From positions 62,632,464 to 62,696,463 of the forward strand of contig NC_043011.1 of NCBI RefSeq assembly GCF_006345805.1: DNA of 64,000 nt, in the 5' to 3' direction. The DNA is from Octopus sinensis. Its lineage: Eukaryota. Position numbers and translations under genes: made by a program. The notes under the pieces are model-generated. The model ran no database searches. It was not told the origin of the DNA and saw nothing but the letters and a program-made list of their open reading frames with translations. Below, piece by piece: positions 14,020 to 28,310 of this stretch. Positions within the stretch are counted from its first letter, which is position 1. Every line of letters starts with the position of its first letter.

Positions 14020-14457
14020 CTAATAGCTCAACCAACACACTAACTTGGCCACATATTTACAAACAACGGGGACCCTCTCTAATACAAAACGTTTTGTCGC
14101 ATTTTTAGGAATTGGCTGTATATTCGAAACTTCCAGCATGCAGTATATTTTCTTTATCGACAAACAGTGTTTGATTAAATTTTCTCTTTTAATAAATTAC
14201 ACAGTAACACAAAAATCAAACGAAATCTTATGTATAAGGTGTGTTTGGAAAATCACTGACTTACTAGCAACCAAATATAAAATTAATTAAGTGAAAACAT
14301 GTTCAGCTGGACATGTATGGATTAGGTTAAGAGGAATACATTTGAGTGACTTGTAGTATTTATCTCACTGATCCAAGTAAGGAAGCACAACGAAATCAGA
14401 AATACTTTTTAGAGGGAATTCATCAATTCAGAGCAAGTAGGTGAGATTTGTAAACAA

Positions 14458-14590
14458 GGTGCGGGTAAAGAAGCTTGCTTCGGAACCAAATGCATGGAGC
14501 CTTGGGCAGGTATTTTCTCCTATAACTTTGGGTCGATCAAAACCTTGTGAACGTATGTGGTAGACGGAAACTGAAAGAAACCGGACATAT
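14458..14590 (+). mobile_element. SINE family B fragment
   Basis: GTAAAGAAGCTTGCTTC...GTAGACGGAAACTGAAAGAA. Confidence 0.75.
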
Positions 14591-14625
14591 ATATTTATGT
14601 ATGTGTATATATATATATATATATA

Positions 14626-14919
14626 TCACGTGATCATGTGATCGACCAGACCATCAGATGTTGTTACACATCGCTGGGCACAATGCGTTCGCATTGTTTT
14701 AGCCTTCGAATGACGTCTGCTAAGCGAGCAGGCCAACAGAAGAAATAGTGGGAGAAAGAGTGGTGAAAGAGTACAGCAGGGATCACCACCCCCTGCCGGA
14801 GCCTCGTGGAGCTTTTCAGGTGTTTTCGCTCAATAAACACTCACAACGCCCGGTCTGTGAATCGAAACCGCGATCCTACGACCGCGAGTCCGCTGCCCTA
14901 ACCACTGGGACATTGCGCC
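14626..14919 (-). mobile_element. tRNA-headed SINE, family A
   Basis: Head GGCGCAATGTCCCAGTGGTTAGGGCAGCGG...GGTTTCGATTC with A/B boxes; shared with other copies in the window. Confidence 0.85.
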
Positions 14920-14921
14920 TC

Positions 14922-14952
<31 letters not shown>

Positions 14953-14958
14953 ACACAC

Positions 14959-15017
<59 letters not shown>

Positions 15018-15074
15018 ATATATATACATGCATATACATATATATGTACATACATATATATATACTTATATATA

Positions 15075-15159
<85 letters not shown>

Positions 15160-15214
15160 GTGAGTGTGAGTGTGTGTGCGTGTTTGTATCTATGTCTGTA
15201 ATTGTCCCTCCACC

Positions 15215-15365
15215 TTCTGATGTATTTACGTCTCCGTAAACTAGTGGTTCGGCAAAAAGAGACCGACAGAATAAGTATCAAACTCAAAATAAGATAAGTC
15301 TTGTGGTTGATTTGTTCGACTGCAACCCTTCAAGACGCAGAGTCAACTGACTGAAACAAGAAATA
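15215..15365 (+). mobile_element. SINE family B 3' part
   Basis: GTATTTACGTC...GGTTCGGCAAAAAGAGACCGA...GACTGAAACAAG. Confidence 0.75.
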
Positions 15366-15576
15366 GATGAAAGATAGCAGTGAATACAATTACACGAACT
15401 TGTTATAAATGGGATCAGCGAAGAAAGGACGTCCAACTATGTCAGAGACTATCGTTAATACTGCCGGAGAAGCTATTAAGAATAATGTCTGTATGTCTGT
15501 TCGTTATATTGTGCATAGAGCCAATCTCCGAAAGGCATCGATGCAGAACATTCTGAAAGTAAATTATTCCCAAATA

Positions 15577-15577
<1 letters not shown>

Positions 15578-15634
<57 letters not shown>

Positions 15635-15635
15635 T

Positions 15636-15708
<73 letters not shown>
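15578..15708 (+). repeat. (CTA)n microsatellite
   Basis: Direct reading. Confidence 0.95.
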
Positions 15709-15709
<1 letters not shown>

Positions 15710-16099
15710 AACATATCTCTATCAATTTCGGGTCTGCAAAAGGAAGTCGCATGGTTTGAGTTTTTTCTATATAGAATAATATCTGTATTTCATAGATACG
15801 CTTGCCAACTTCTAGGCTTTCTTTGTTAGGTTGCCTATTTCTTGTTTTATAATCTTACCATTCTTCTTTGTGTGGACATCGTAGTAGTTTTTGGAAAGGT
15901 ACTAGCCACCTCGTTGGACTGGAGAGGAAGCCATTTTCAATTGACAGAGAGGACAGAAGCAACGTAAAATGAAGTGTTTTGTTCAAGATCACAAAGCACT
16001 GCCGCATTGAGAATCGAAACCACGATATTACAACCACGAATAAAACACTGTAGCCATTAAATCATAGCCTTCCACACACACACACACACATACACCCAG

Positions 16100-16291
16100 G
16101 AATATATGTAGGTAGCGAGATTGTCTCGCCTTCACTCCCAGTCGGTGCAAATACCCTGTATAATGCATTTGTAAATTTACTCTATGCGCCCAAAGAATCG
16201 TGAACAGATTTAAACATTCGACCTTTTCTAGATCCTTTACGGACGAAACATTCCTGCTGGTAGGGCCTCTGGCGTGAGAATGCTGCACCAA
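16100..16291 (-). pseudogene. FN3-like remnant
   Basis: LFTILWAHRVNLQMHYTGYLH (F.I.W ... TGY). Confidence 0.35.
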
Positions 16292-17169
16292 TACGGCTTT
16301 TTGAATTTGCGATTGTGAAAAATCAGAATCAAAGTCGTTTTTGATTTGAACTCAGAACGCAGAAAATAATAACTTATATCGGAACGCCTTTCTGGATGAT
16401 GTTTGAACGGCTTGCCAATCGGCTAACTTATAATTAAATAAATATACATACATTTACCGTAATATATATATACACACACACACATGTGTGTGTGTTTGTG
16501 TATGTGTGTGCCATGTATTTATGTACATAGGATGTGTTGTAATCTATGACTCACCTCTACCCTTATAGGAAGCTAGTTAGAATCAGTCTCAGGAATACAA
16601 CGGCAACAACCGAAAATCGAAATCTATAAAACCACAAAAGAACATATTGTAACAAGTTAATTATATATTAGGCAATATTTTTTTGCTAATTACTTTCAAT
16701 TGATTCGTTTTATTAGCAATAAACTTCCGGTTGATACTCATCTTTATTTATTCAAGTCGAACCAAAACCAATAATGACATATTTACACTTCCTCTGTTCT
16801 GCTATGTTAAACAAGTCTCGCAGGAATTTTGGAATTGGTTAATTAATTGTTAGACACTCGATAGATTTTATAAGAAAAAACACAAAATAACTTCCTTAGA
16901 ACCAAACTCAGAAGTATTTTATTAAACCGAAGAAAGTTGTACACCATAACCAATTATTTTCTCTATTGCTTCTCTTGTCCTTCCCGTGGCCATTTTTTGT
17001 TGTTCTTCCAGTTTCTTCTTTTTTTTTCTTCTGGTTGTTTTTGTTGCTGTCGTAGTTGTTGAGCGAAGAAGTCAGACATGATCGATGAGAAGAGTCGCCG
17101 TCGGTTATTTCTCCCATGGCCTTTTCTTCTTGTTTCGTTTTTATTTTTCCTGATGTTTGCGGTGTTTAG

Positions 17170-17350
17170 CGACACAGGTCAACCAATGTTTGAGCAGATA
17201 TTTCATATAAGACACATTATTACTAAGATCATCCTCTGATTTATTGCATGTAAAATGTCTGTTTTTGGTCTGATTGCCGTTGTCGCTTCATTCAACAGAT
17301 TTATGTTGACCGTATTTCATCTCCTCGCCATCGCGTCTGTTATGACGGTT
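17170..17350 (-). pseudogene. FN3-like remnant
   Basis: DDLSNNVSYMKISAQTLV resembles FN3 E-F-G strands. Confidence 0.35.
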
Positions 17351-17603
17351 ATGCAGAAGTAGAGTGTACAATATTTTGCGAATTATATAAGATGTTAAAT
17401 TTGAGAATTATTCATGATAAGGTTGCTATTCTTAGCAAGTGAGAGAACATTTCCACCTTAATCATTTATAGAAACACTTATATATACACCAACACATACG
17501 TACGTATCCACACACATACACACACACACACACACACATATATATACGTGAGTGTAGATGAATAAATAAACGCATGGGGATGTATGTCATTCTCTCTTTC
17601 TTT

Positions 17604-17652
<49 letters not shown>

Positions 17653-17689
17653 GGGTAAATATTGGTTTCGTGTCTTGGCACAATGCCAG

Positions 17690-17850
17690 CAATTCCAGGA
17701 GGATGGTAAGTCGGTTATATCGACCCCAGTGCTCGACTGCTACTTATTTTATTCTCTCCGGAAGGATGAAAGGCAAATTCAACCCCGGCGGAATTTGAAC
17801 TCGGAAATTTAAGACGGAGGAAACGCTGCTAAACACTTTTTCATGATGTG
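17690..17850 (-). mobile_element. SINE family C fragment
   Basis: ATCGACCCCAG...GGATGAAAGGCAAA...CGGCGGAATTTGAACTC. Confidence 0.8.
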
Positions 17851-17912
17851 TTAAAGATTGTGCCGGTTCGCCGTCTTGTATATAGGTAAATATTAACACA
17901 TAAAGCGCGACA

Positions 17913-17947
<35 letters not shown>

Positions 17948-18041
17948 TAATAATAATAATAATAATACTAATATTTATTATTATTAGTATTGTTATTATT
18001 ATTATTATTATTATTGTTATTATATTATTATTATTATATAT

Positions 18042-18120
<79 letters not shown>

Positions 18121-18391
18121 TACATGTGTATGTACATACATACGGACATATATATGTATGAAAGTTGGTAATCAGATTTACGTTACAAAGTTGCCTTTCG
18201 GCTCCCATAAAGTATTGAATGGCAGTTTGATTGAGCATTAATGATACAGTTGACTTCATTCTAGTCTATGTTGTCCATCAGGAGGACTTAAATGAAGCTT
18301 CATAAACGTAATTCATTAGACAGGTTTACCTCAAAGTCAGTTACTGTGTGAACCCAACGCAGTCAAATTAGACATACTTTTCTATTCTGCA

Positions 18392-18489
<98 letters not shown>

Positions 18490-18495
18490 ATGCAA

Positions 18496-18533
<38 letters not shown>

Positions 18534-19738
18534 TATATTATATATATATATATCTATATATATATATATATTCTATTGTGTCTAGGGAGAGTCATTTTCT
18601 TTTGTGCCGGTACAATTTCCACATATTATTTTTATTTTCCCAAAATTTTCGATGCGTCTTGCAACTTTTTCAATAGTCTTGGCTCTGTCCGTTATTCACG
18701 CTGCGTCCCTTTCTGTTTGTTTGTGCGCATGTGTGTGTGTGCATGTGTTTGTATATGCATGCACCTCTGCCTCCTTGTGTGTGCATGTCTGAGTGTGTGT
18801 GTGTGTGGGGGGGGGTTTGCAACTGTGTACTGTGCTTGTATGTATTTAAGTGTGCAATAACTGATAAACAGCCAGATGGAGCCGTCACATTTGGAACGTC
18901 TGCCATAGATTTGCCTGATTACTGCGAAACTTGGGATAAGATTTAAAACAACGGTAGCAATAAAAGTAACAACAACAAGAAAAACAACGACACCAATATG
19001 ACCGATCTTTGGTATTATGACTTCAAGCGTAACAGGTTATCAGTGTTAGCCATATTCTAGCGTGGCTCCTTCATTTGACGCCGTTATCATTTATTTAAAA
19101 GCATAGATTCTCCTCTGAAAATGGCGTGGGAGGGTTTAGTGCTTTCACTGCTAAGTAAAATGTATTTCTATGGCAGAACAGACAAATATGTTCTATAAGA
19201 ATGAGATACGATTATATTTATGTATAATATACGCACAAACGCACATACATATATATTTATATATATATAGTCAGTGTGGCTGGCTTACTGTTATCTGTGC
19301 CAATTCTATAGTTGGCCATTGTACATATGTTCAAACTGCTAATTCCGATAAGTATAGTTGTTTGTTTCCCTTTGATCTAACGCATAAACTTCAACCCTTT
19401 GGTCACCCCTAATTAATATCATGACAGTTACAGGAACATTATTCTGCAGGGGGTTGGTGTTCAGCTGGACGCCTCAGTAATGATATACACTTTATACACA
19501 CACACACACACGCACGCACACACTAACTTATATATATATATATATATATAACATTCAAATTATCAACGCTTGGTTTTGTGATTATTCCGATTTTATACGA
19601 CTCATATTCATAACAATGGAGTCTATTACTCTGATAATGTGGTTATAATTCAGCAAGTATACAGACTAGAATAATAAGCAGCAGAATGTGTTGGAAACTT
19701 CTGTTCAAATGTAACCAAATTTATAACTGAATATATGA

Positions 19739-19808
<70 letters not shown>

Positions 19809-19830
19809 TTGTGCGTGCGTGTGTGTGCAT

Positions 19831-19878
<48 letters not shown>

Positions 19879-20317
19879 TTTTATATCTGCATATATTGTT
19901 AGAGGACGTTACCAACTGTGTAAACAACATTAAATACGAAAACAAACGAGTTAAACACGCAGACAAAGAGAGAAAATTGAAAACAGGACAAGTAAACACG
20001 GAGAAATAATTCTTCATCAGTTGTCGACTGTCTATCTACTCCTCATTTCGAGCATTAAGCGACAATATGAGTATTCAAAAACCGTTGCACCCATGAATTC
20101 TAAAATACAATTTAGGATTTATGGAGGGACAAATTTGAGAGCAAAACCAAGAGAGTGGAGACATAAAAGGGATCCGAACGAAAGCAAACATGGAGGGACG
20201 GTAGACCAGAACTAGGCGCGCACACACACAACGACACACACACACAGCACCCAAACAGACACACATATCTATATGGTAAATGGTAAATGAAAGATGGATG
20301 ATGAAATATACCAGTAT

Positions 20318-20434
20318 TTATCATCATTCCCGACAATATTTCGACACATCTAGCATCGATCCCTCACGGGTGGGATATTTAACAATAGTTTCACGGACAT
20401 CCGACAGTGCAGATGTGTCTCGTCAGGTGATAAA
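20318..20434 (-). ncRNA. Hammerhead motif with long stem II insertion
   Basis: TCAC-CTGACGA-GACACATCT(~60 nt)AGATGTGTC-GAAA-TATT-GTC-GGGA: perfect 9-bp stem II, canonical core. Confidence 0.6.
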
Positions 20435-20619
20435 TGGATGTAACTCGTTAAAATACCATTTCTGCAATGTATCTTTTCATTCCATGTAAAGAGAAGCAGT
20501 AAAACAAAGGATATATCTTCATTTATATCAATAATAAACAGATGGAAAAGAAGAAACGAACACGCAATACAGTGAGGAAAGTTCTAAAATTAACCGTTAA
20601 CGGATAACAAGCAAGTGGT

Positions 20620-21180
20620 AAAATGTACACTACATATGTTTCGTCGCTACCTGAAAGGTATTATCTAATAATCATACAAAGGGTAACGCTCAACATAACT
20701 AATCACCAGGCTAAGATTACTATGATGAAATTAGGGCTACAGTGTTGCTCAGAACTACCAAATCAACACTGCCGCAGTGCTGTGTTGAAATGAATGATTG
20801 GTGGGTGGGGGTTTCAGTAGTTTAAAATTAAATATCAAACGTTAAAGAAAAAGAAAACAAAACGTCAAGAAATGCCCATGAAATACATAGAATACTGATG
20901 TAACTAAATCATGCGAAAGGATTGAATAAAATGATTATATAAAAGAAACACACGCACTGAAGAAACTTATATTCTAATTACTTTGAATCGTGAAGTTGTT
21001 TTGTTTCGAATAATTTAGCAAAATGTTCTTCGCTGTATAACAATGAATGTATTCTTACAATTTCTGAGGTTATTCGCGCAAAGCCAATGCAGAGAGGAAC
21101 GATTTGATTATAGAACGCAACATCCCTGATGCAATTTCAATCTTTTGGCCGGTTGACAATTTTTCCTCTATTTGTCTTTT
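20620..21180 (-). pseudogene. FN3-like remnant
   Basis: PAKRLKL...NRSSLHW...NTFIVIQRR and YLSGSDETYVVYILP, with stops. Confidence 0.3.
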
Positions 21181-21746
21181 ATATTTCGCCTGTTTCAGTC
21201 GTTAGACTCCGATCATTTCCGGTCGCCGCCTCGTGTGAAATTTATACTCAGGGAAATTAATTGATATTTAATTAAAATACGTTTAATGCATGAAATTCAT
21301 TATAATAATTGCAGGAATAACTATTATATCATGACATCAAAACATAGTTGAAATCCGATCTATTGATCCGACAGTGAAATCTAGATACTCCAGAAATTTT
21401 CTGACACGAAAGAACGTTCTTTCCGCCGATAGGAAAGCTTCAACGACACACGGTCTACATCTGCGTATACACCTTCACATACCCGCATCTATACACAAAC
21501 ATATTTTTCAAATAATTTTTTGATTATTCTATTAAACGTCCTTATACGGTTTTGGAAATAAATAAATGCAGCACACGTATTGTGTGCTCTCTCCCCTAAC
21601 GATTTTGAAGTTTTATGTAAACCTGTATTTAAAACTCACAGACTCAAGCAAGTGCACATACACTTACAAACACACTAGCACGCATACACAAATATGTATA
21701 TACCTATATATGCATATACATACACCCATATACACACATATACATG

Positions 21747-21821
<75 letters not shown>

Positions 21822-22479
21822 CATCTATATGTGTGTGTGAATGTGTGTGTATTCGAAATTTAAGCAGGCATTTAATTATTTCTAGCTAGTCCTATGCATG
21901 CTTAACTTCATTGACGTGTACATCATGTTTTTCAATTTTTCTCCCTGCACTAAATCTTTCAGTAATTGAAGCTACATGTGGACAGTCTGCCTATGTTTTT
22001 ACAGCTAATTTACAGCTCCAACACACTTCTTTTTGGTTTCCTTTCCGTATATTTTTTCCATTTAAATTATTTTGGTTTTCTTGTTTTGTAATCAAAACTT
22101 AATTATGGATTCCTCCTTAAACCTGCAATAATTTTAATGTCTAATATTTTTGTTATTCTTAATTATTTTATAAAAAAATTAAAAAGAACCAAATCTTAAT
22201 TATTTTTGAAGTAATTTGTATTGCAATAATTTAGTAAACAAATTTCGTTTGTGTATAGAAGATGGTGGAAGTGAACACAGTTGAAATCACTTATTATAAA
22301 GAGGAGGACATTCGTGGGATTTTTGGTGAGAAGAATGGAATTAATTAGAAGCCATTTGGTGTTATGTCGTTCTACCAATGTGTAGCTTCATATCGCTAGG
22401 ATTTCAGTTCCAATTGTCGGCCGATTCACTTTTGTTTACGTAAATATTGCGGGTTGGTCAGTGTAGTAACTGGTTTCAA

Positions 22480-23235
22480 ATGTTGGCACAAGGCCAGCAA
22501 TTTTGAGAGGGGAGGAGTAAGTCAATTACATCGACTCCCAGTACTCGTTAATACTTATTTTATGGAGTACAAAATAAATGAATGGGGAAGTCAACCTCGG
22601 CGGAATTTGAACGCAGAACGTAAATATGAACAAAATACCGCTATGGATTTTGCTGATTTGGTAATGATGTTAGCAGCTCATCGCCTTCTGAATATGATAA
22701 TTGAACTGTAGCCATGCTTATTTATTCGACTCGATTTATTTGCAATGCGAATCAACCATTTTTAACGATAGTGTTTTGGCCTTCTGCACGACTCAATGCA
22801 TTCGGCTGCAAATCCACCATTACAATAATAATTCAAATAATATTTTCAACAACAAAGCCTGAAATTTCAGGTGGGTGGAGAACTAGTCGATCCCATCGAC
22901 CTCAGAGCTCAACTGGTTCCTATTTTTTCGACATTGAAAAGATGTAAGACAATGTTGACCTCCTCGGATTTAGAACTCAAAATATAATCACGGACGAAAT
23001 GTCACTAAATATTTTGTCCGGCGTGCATATTTTTCTGCCAGTTCATTCTCTTAATCATTCCAGTAACAACCTTTTAATTTTGGCTCAAAGCCAGCAATTT
23101 TGAGTAGATTAGGAGGAAGTCGATTTTATTGAGCCTAGCGATTAAGATCTATTTATTTTATCGACCTCGAAAGACAAAGCCGATCTAGGTGACACTTGAA
23201 ATCAAAACACAAAGAGCCAGATAAAGGCCGCCAGG
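22480..23235 (-). mobile_element. Cluster of three diverged SINE family C copies
   Basis: Copies at ~22480-22640, ~22870-23010 and ~23075-23235 share the GGCACAAGGCCAGCAATTTTG / ATCGACC / GACCTC.GCGGAATTTGAA blocks. Confidence 0.7.
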
Positions 23236-23303
23236 CCCCGTAGAGATTTTGTCAAATAATCGCCTTAACTATTACAATATTAATAACATTAAGAAATTCA
23301 AGC

Positions 23304-23426
23304 TCAATGCAAGACGTGTTCCGGTATGGAACTCGAGACGGTCAACTTGCTGCGAAGAAAGTACAACGTGAATGTAGTCGTTACTGCGTGCAATAACGTG
23401 GCTGGATCCCAAATGGGTGAAGTAAG
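23304..23426 (-). pseudogene. Exon-like FN3 remnant with strong acceptor
   Basis: Minus-strand acceptor cccttatctattctcttctcactccAG is followed by LTSPIWDPATLLHAVTTTFTLYFLR (W.P....V..Y.LY pattern). Confidence 0.45.
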
Positions 23427-24445
23427 CTGGAGTGAGAAGAGAATAGATAAGGGCATAATAGATACGTAAATGATATCAAATAGAAGGTTGTCCTTTAGAA
23501 AGATAAACAACTTACTCTTTCTTATAGATTAACCTCCGAAGGAGAAAAGCAATGTTGTGGAAAAATATTTTTCGATGCAAAATGAGAAATGTCTGAAAAG
23601 TATGTGAGTATTTTCCCCTCTACACAGAAGAAACAACACGGATTAACAGTGGGTATTTGGATGTAAGAATTTTATCAAAGTAATGCCATAAAAAAGTTAA
23701 TTTCTAGCATAAATTTACGTCATTTAAAAGTTGAAATTTTTGTGATAATACCAATAGGGTATAAGGTCAACCAACCTCATTCTGTATTTCGTAAAATTGT
23801 AAAATTGTAAAAATAAAGGCTATTATTCATTAGGGAGTGGCGGAGAGAAAACGTACGTGTCACAAATGTGATATTAGTTATGTAAATGCTACTGTGACAA
23901 TGTTAAACGTTAGAATGTGTTGTTGTGATAATCGAAAGAGCCTAAACAAAGAACACACCAACAAAAGCAGGAAAGTACAAGAACCCGATACAGGTAAGTA
24001 TAATTATAAATGGCGTTGAAAGTACCAGCACATTTTAAGAATTTCAGAGCAGTGCTTTCACTAATACGGAAATATGCCAGCGTAATAGTAACAACATCAT
24101 GGAGGTATAATTATACACAAAAATAGACAAATATACGAGAACCGTGGGTGGAAGACGATAAACTGGAAATGCCAAAGAAAAGCAGATTGTCCAACATCAT
24201 TCAACAGATGAAAATCTATCTGCTTAGGAACTCGGGAAACCAAAAGGAAAGGTAGAAAGTCATGAGGTGCTCATGGATCTGTCAATCATCAAAATAAAAT
24301 AAATCTAACAGGAAACAGCAACCAAAAGAATAATATAAACACAAAAACAATTAGTTCCTGGGGTATATCAAAGGAACGTTATAAACAAAAACAAATAAAG
24401 ATTATTTACATTTGACGGATATTTGTCCTCATCTTGTTTGTTGTT

Positions 24446-24491
24446 AACACAACGTTTCGGCTGATGTACTCTCCAGCCTTCATCAGGTGAC
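24446..24491 (-). ncRNA. Minimal type I hammerhead ribozyme motif (left arm)
   Basis: GTCAC-CTGATGA-A-GGCTG(10 nt)CAGCC-GAAAC-GTT-GTGTT; one stem I mismatch. Confidence 0.7.
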
Positions 24492-24547
24492 TTGAGGAAA
24501 TTTCGAACATGGGTTCTCATTCCTAAGGTATTTTACGATGTGACCTG

Positions 24548-24706
<159 letters not shown>

Positions 24707-24760
24707 CATACCTGCGAAAAATATCTTAGGAATGAGAACCCAGGTTCGAAATTTCCCCAA

Positions 24761-24806
24761 GACACCTGATGAAGGCTGGAGGGTATATCAGCCGAAACGT
24801 TGTGTT
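24761..24806 (+). ncRNA. Minimal type I hammerhead ribozyme motif
   Basis: GACAC-CTGATGA-A-GGCTG(10 nt)CAGCC-GAAAC-GTT-GTGTT: 5-bp stem I (one G-U), intact core with one extra A, 5-bp stem II, palindromic ACGT stem III, GUU triplet. Confidence 0.75.
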
Positions 24807-25178
24807 AACAAGAAATAAGATGAGGACAAATATCCATCAAATGTAAATAATGTAAATAATTCCTCATCTCATAAAAATTGAACTGAAAAATAGATAAACG
24901 TGGTCTGAGTTGATACAATCATATTTCCAAAGTACGAGTAAAGGTAGTCACTGTTCATGGTTGCACCATTCTTTTGCCAAAAGTATTTTAATCCATACAG
25001 CAATGAGTTAACCTAACAGGAATGTCAATGAACTTTGTAGGAGGTCGGATATTTTTAGCGCAAAATTAAATTCTGAAAACCGCAAGGGCATTCAACAAGA
25101 AATAATATTCTTAAGTCGACTTCTTTCCTCTTTTCAAGTCACAATAATAATAATAATAAAAATAATAATAATAATAAC

Positions 25179-25253
<75 letters not shown>

Positions 25254-26199
25254 TCGTTCAGTTAATCATGAACTGTTGATAAATTTGACATTAGTTTTAT
25301 CGAGAAATGGATCAAAATTTCTTGCTTCACTAAGCATAATTCTACAATTTGTAACATGCAACGTAAGAACTGTTTATGGTCTAACAAGCGGTAAAAATTT
25401 ATGATTGAGTACACTAGAAAACCTTGTGTAGTGAAGGAATTTTGCATGTGGGGAATCTCTGTGAAAACGTTGCTGAAAATACATAAAATCGGCAATGTTT
25501 CTCAGTATCTCTATAATGGTTGAATACATTGATTAGAACAGTGTGATAATTCCTTGCAAGAAATACAAAAGCAAGAGATAAGGGCTTCAGCCATCTGGTT
25601 TTGAAAATAATCAATTTTATCGAAAATGTGATTCTTTCTTCAGTGGAAAACGGAAACTAAAAACAAAAAGAAGTTCGCTTACACAGGGAAGCTTCTACAA
25701 TTTTATAAACAAACATATGATGTACGATTACGTCATTGTTCGTTTACTATTTAATTATTTTATGACAGGTTCCAGATATTAGACTGTGGCCGCACTGAAG
25801 TTCTGACCACAAAGTTTATTATCGTGTAGACTGGTTTCAGTAAGTATTTGTTCTAAGTACGCCACGGAATCATAATAATCCTGCGATTTTATATCCTCCT
25901 ATTGATGTTCCAAGTTCAAATCTTGCTGCCGTTTAACTTAAACTTTTAGTCATTCTCATTCTTCAAAGAAGGAGACAATCTCTATGGTTTGCTGGATTTA
26001 TCAAACCGTGAAAAGGAAAAACGTTTTCCGGCAATTCGTTTCGCATTTTACATTTGCAGCTCATATCCTGTCGCGTTCAATTCCACCTCCGGGATCGATA
26101 AAATGGAATATGATTCCAGATTGGGAAATAGCGCATTAATATAATGTGCACAAAACATTTTGCACTGTATTCTCCGGCATTTGTCATTCATCGTTCCTT

Positions 26200-26580
26200 C
26201 TTTCAGGGTTGTCCATAGCTGTAGCGTGGCAAATTGTTAGGGCGTGGACAATTTAGTTTACAAAAGTTTTCTCGCAGCTAATGCCCTGAAAGCCCTTGGA
26301 CTAATGCTTCCAGGGTTGCACTTTCTATCGTAAAATTCCCTGTTTTAATTTCTGGACTGGGCAGTAAGTAATATTCTCGTGCAAAACACACGTTCGCGTT
26401 GTTTCAATTCTCTCATTAATATTATGGATGTTAAACCTAAGACGGATCTGCATTCGGACAGGTGTCGTAAATTTAGTCATTCGTGCACACAATGGAAATG
26501 TGATTACATTATGGTCCTATGAGTTCTGAGGTTCATAACAGACCCGAGTGCTCAATACTAAGTGCTATTGTTCTGAATTA
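26200..26580 (-). pseudogene. Possible FN3-like remnant
   Basis: Frames give TRTCVLHENITYCPV and LPSPEIKTGNFTIESATLE; weak match. Confidence 0.25.
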
Positions 26581-26853
26581 CTAAACGGACGTCTGTGTCA
26601 CAGATATAAATATTGCAAAAATGTCTCTTGGTTTGTTGTAGTGAATTTCAAAACAAAAGACACCCAGAAATCACGTATTTTCTCCTTAATTAAAATATGA
26701 CTGAACGCAAAATCTCGAAGATGTAACGAAACACCACAATTAGTCTATACATAGACATACATACATATATATATATGAAAGGCATCATATAGAACACAAC
26801 ACGCAGCCCGGTCCGGGAATCGAACTCACAACTTTCCGATCATAAGCTCGAGT

Positions 26854-26890
<37 letters not shown>

Positions 26891-27585
26891 CACATTTCTC
26901 TAAATTTGGTACGACTCTACAACACCGTCTATCTCCCCCCTCTACTACATTCTTTTGCTTTTCGTACTTTGCACTTCATCTTGTCCCTGTCTCTTTTTCT
27001 CGCTCTCTCTCTCCTCCTCCTCCTTAATTCATTGTTCCTAATTTTCTCACGCTTCTCCCTCTCCTTAATTCTTCTGCCCCCCCTTTCCTCTCTCTTCTCT
27101 TCACACGTGACTGACTGACCGACTTTTGGGTCTGCCAGCGGTCGTGGCAGCATCAACATTTTATTTCTGCCCCAAGGCACATTCCTAACACGCTAACTGA
27201 GTTTAATACGTCTCAGTCGAAAGACGCGTGATTTGATTATTCTGTTATTGTTATTATTATTATTATCGTTATTATTATTATTATTATTATTGTCTTTTCG
27301 CATTTTTTCTGTATTCATATTCGTGTAACTTCGTCCGTTTTCCGTCCTTCTTTCGTATACATTCGAAGCTTTTTTCCAAGGAATCTAATGCGCTTAGCTT
27401 AGTTTTTCCTTGGGGCTGGCCAGATTGGAGCAATCTCAAGATTAATCAGCCGAAATTGCGAGGATGATCCGGTTCTTGACTGAAGATAGAAGACTTCGAA
27501 TGTCCTGTCCGTGTTTTTTGTATCGTCTTCTAAATGTTATGCGTTCTTGTCCCAGTTTGTGTTTTATATATATGTGTGTGTGTAT

Positions 27586-27656
<71 letters not shown>

Positions 27657-27658
<2 letters not shown>

Positions 27659-27780
27659 CGATAGGCATCTTTTCAGTTTCCGTCGACTTTAGTCAGCCTG
27701 AGATTATAAAGTAAGAAAGCCTTTACCCAAAGTGATAGAGAGTCGAACTGATTTCGGGACCCTGTGGAACCGGGAAGGAG
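27657..27780 (-). mobile_element. SINE family B, diverged fragment
   Basis: CTTTTCAGTTTCCGTC block shared with other copies. Confidence 0.6.
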
Positions 27781-28310
27781 ACCTTTCTGCATTGCGAAGC
27801 CTTCACATAATTATTTACCTTACAACATTGTTAGAGAGCATGGAAACGTTAAAAATAAACTAAACTCTGAAAATCCAAACAAAAACATTTAAAACGATTT
27901 GCACAATCTCTCATTTGCTGGAACGCAAATGACTTGTTTCCGAGGCTGGAACTATGATTCACTTGTGCGAAACTTAAATTAAATGTTTCATATTGGTGTT
28001 CACTACTTCTATAATTGCAAATTATTGATTACCTTACTTCCTAGTCACATTCCTTATTCCTTCTATGTTTACATTCAAAATACAGAGATGAGTTTATTGC
28101 AGCTTTCGTACTGAACAGGAATTCACAACAACAACAATTCAAAATAAATAAATAAATAAATAAATAAATTGCTGCAGTTTGGTCTGAAGAAGGCGAATAT
28201 ATAAGAAAAATAAATAACAGATATTTTATGTTTTAAAACGCATATACACACCTCCATCCCTCCCTATATACATACATACATACATTTATATATATACACA
28301 CACACACATA

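Noticed and set aside
23270-23426. Alternative frame ending in a hydrophobic, GPI-signal-like tail (TRLALSLNFLMLLIL*)
   Set aside because: It cannot be linked to an intact upstream exon, and FN3-like remnants continue further downstream; not fully excluded.
26207-26363. Plus-strand exon with strong acceptor and GTAAGT donor
   Set aside because: Stops in all three frames; it could only be non-coding, and nothing else supports it.
27400-27510. Possible hammerhead (CTGAAGA...GAAT-GTC)
   Set aside because: GAAA is missing and there is no convincing stem I or stem II.
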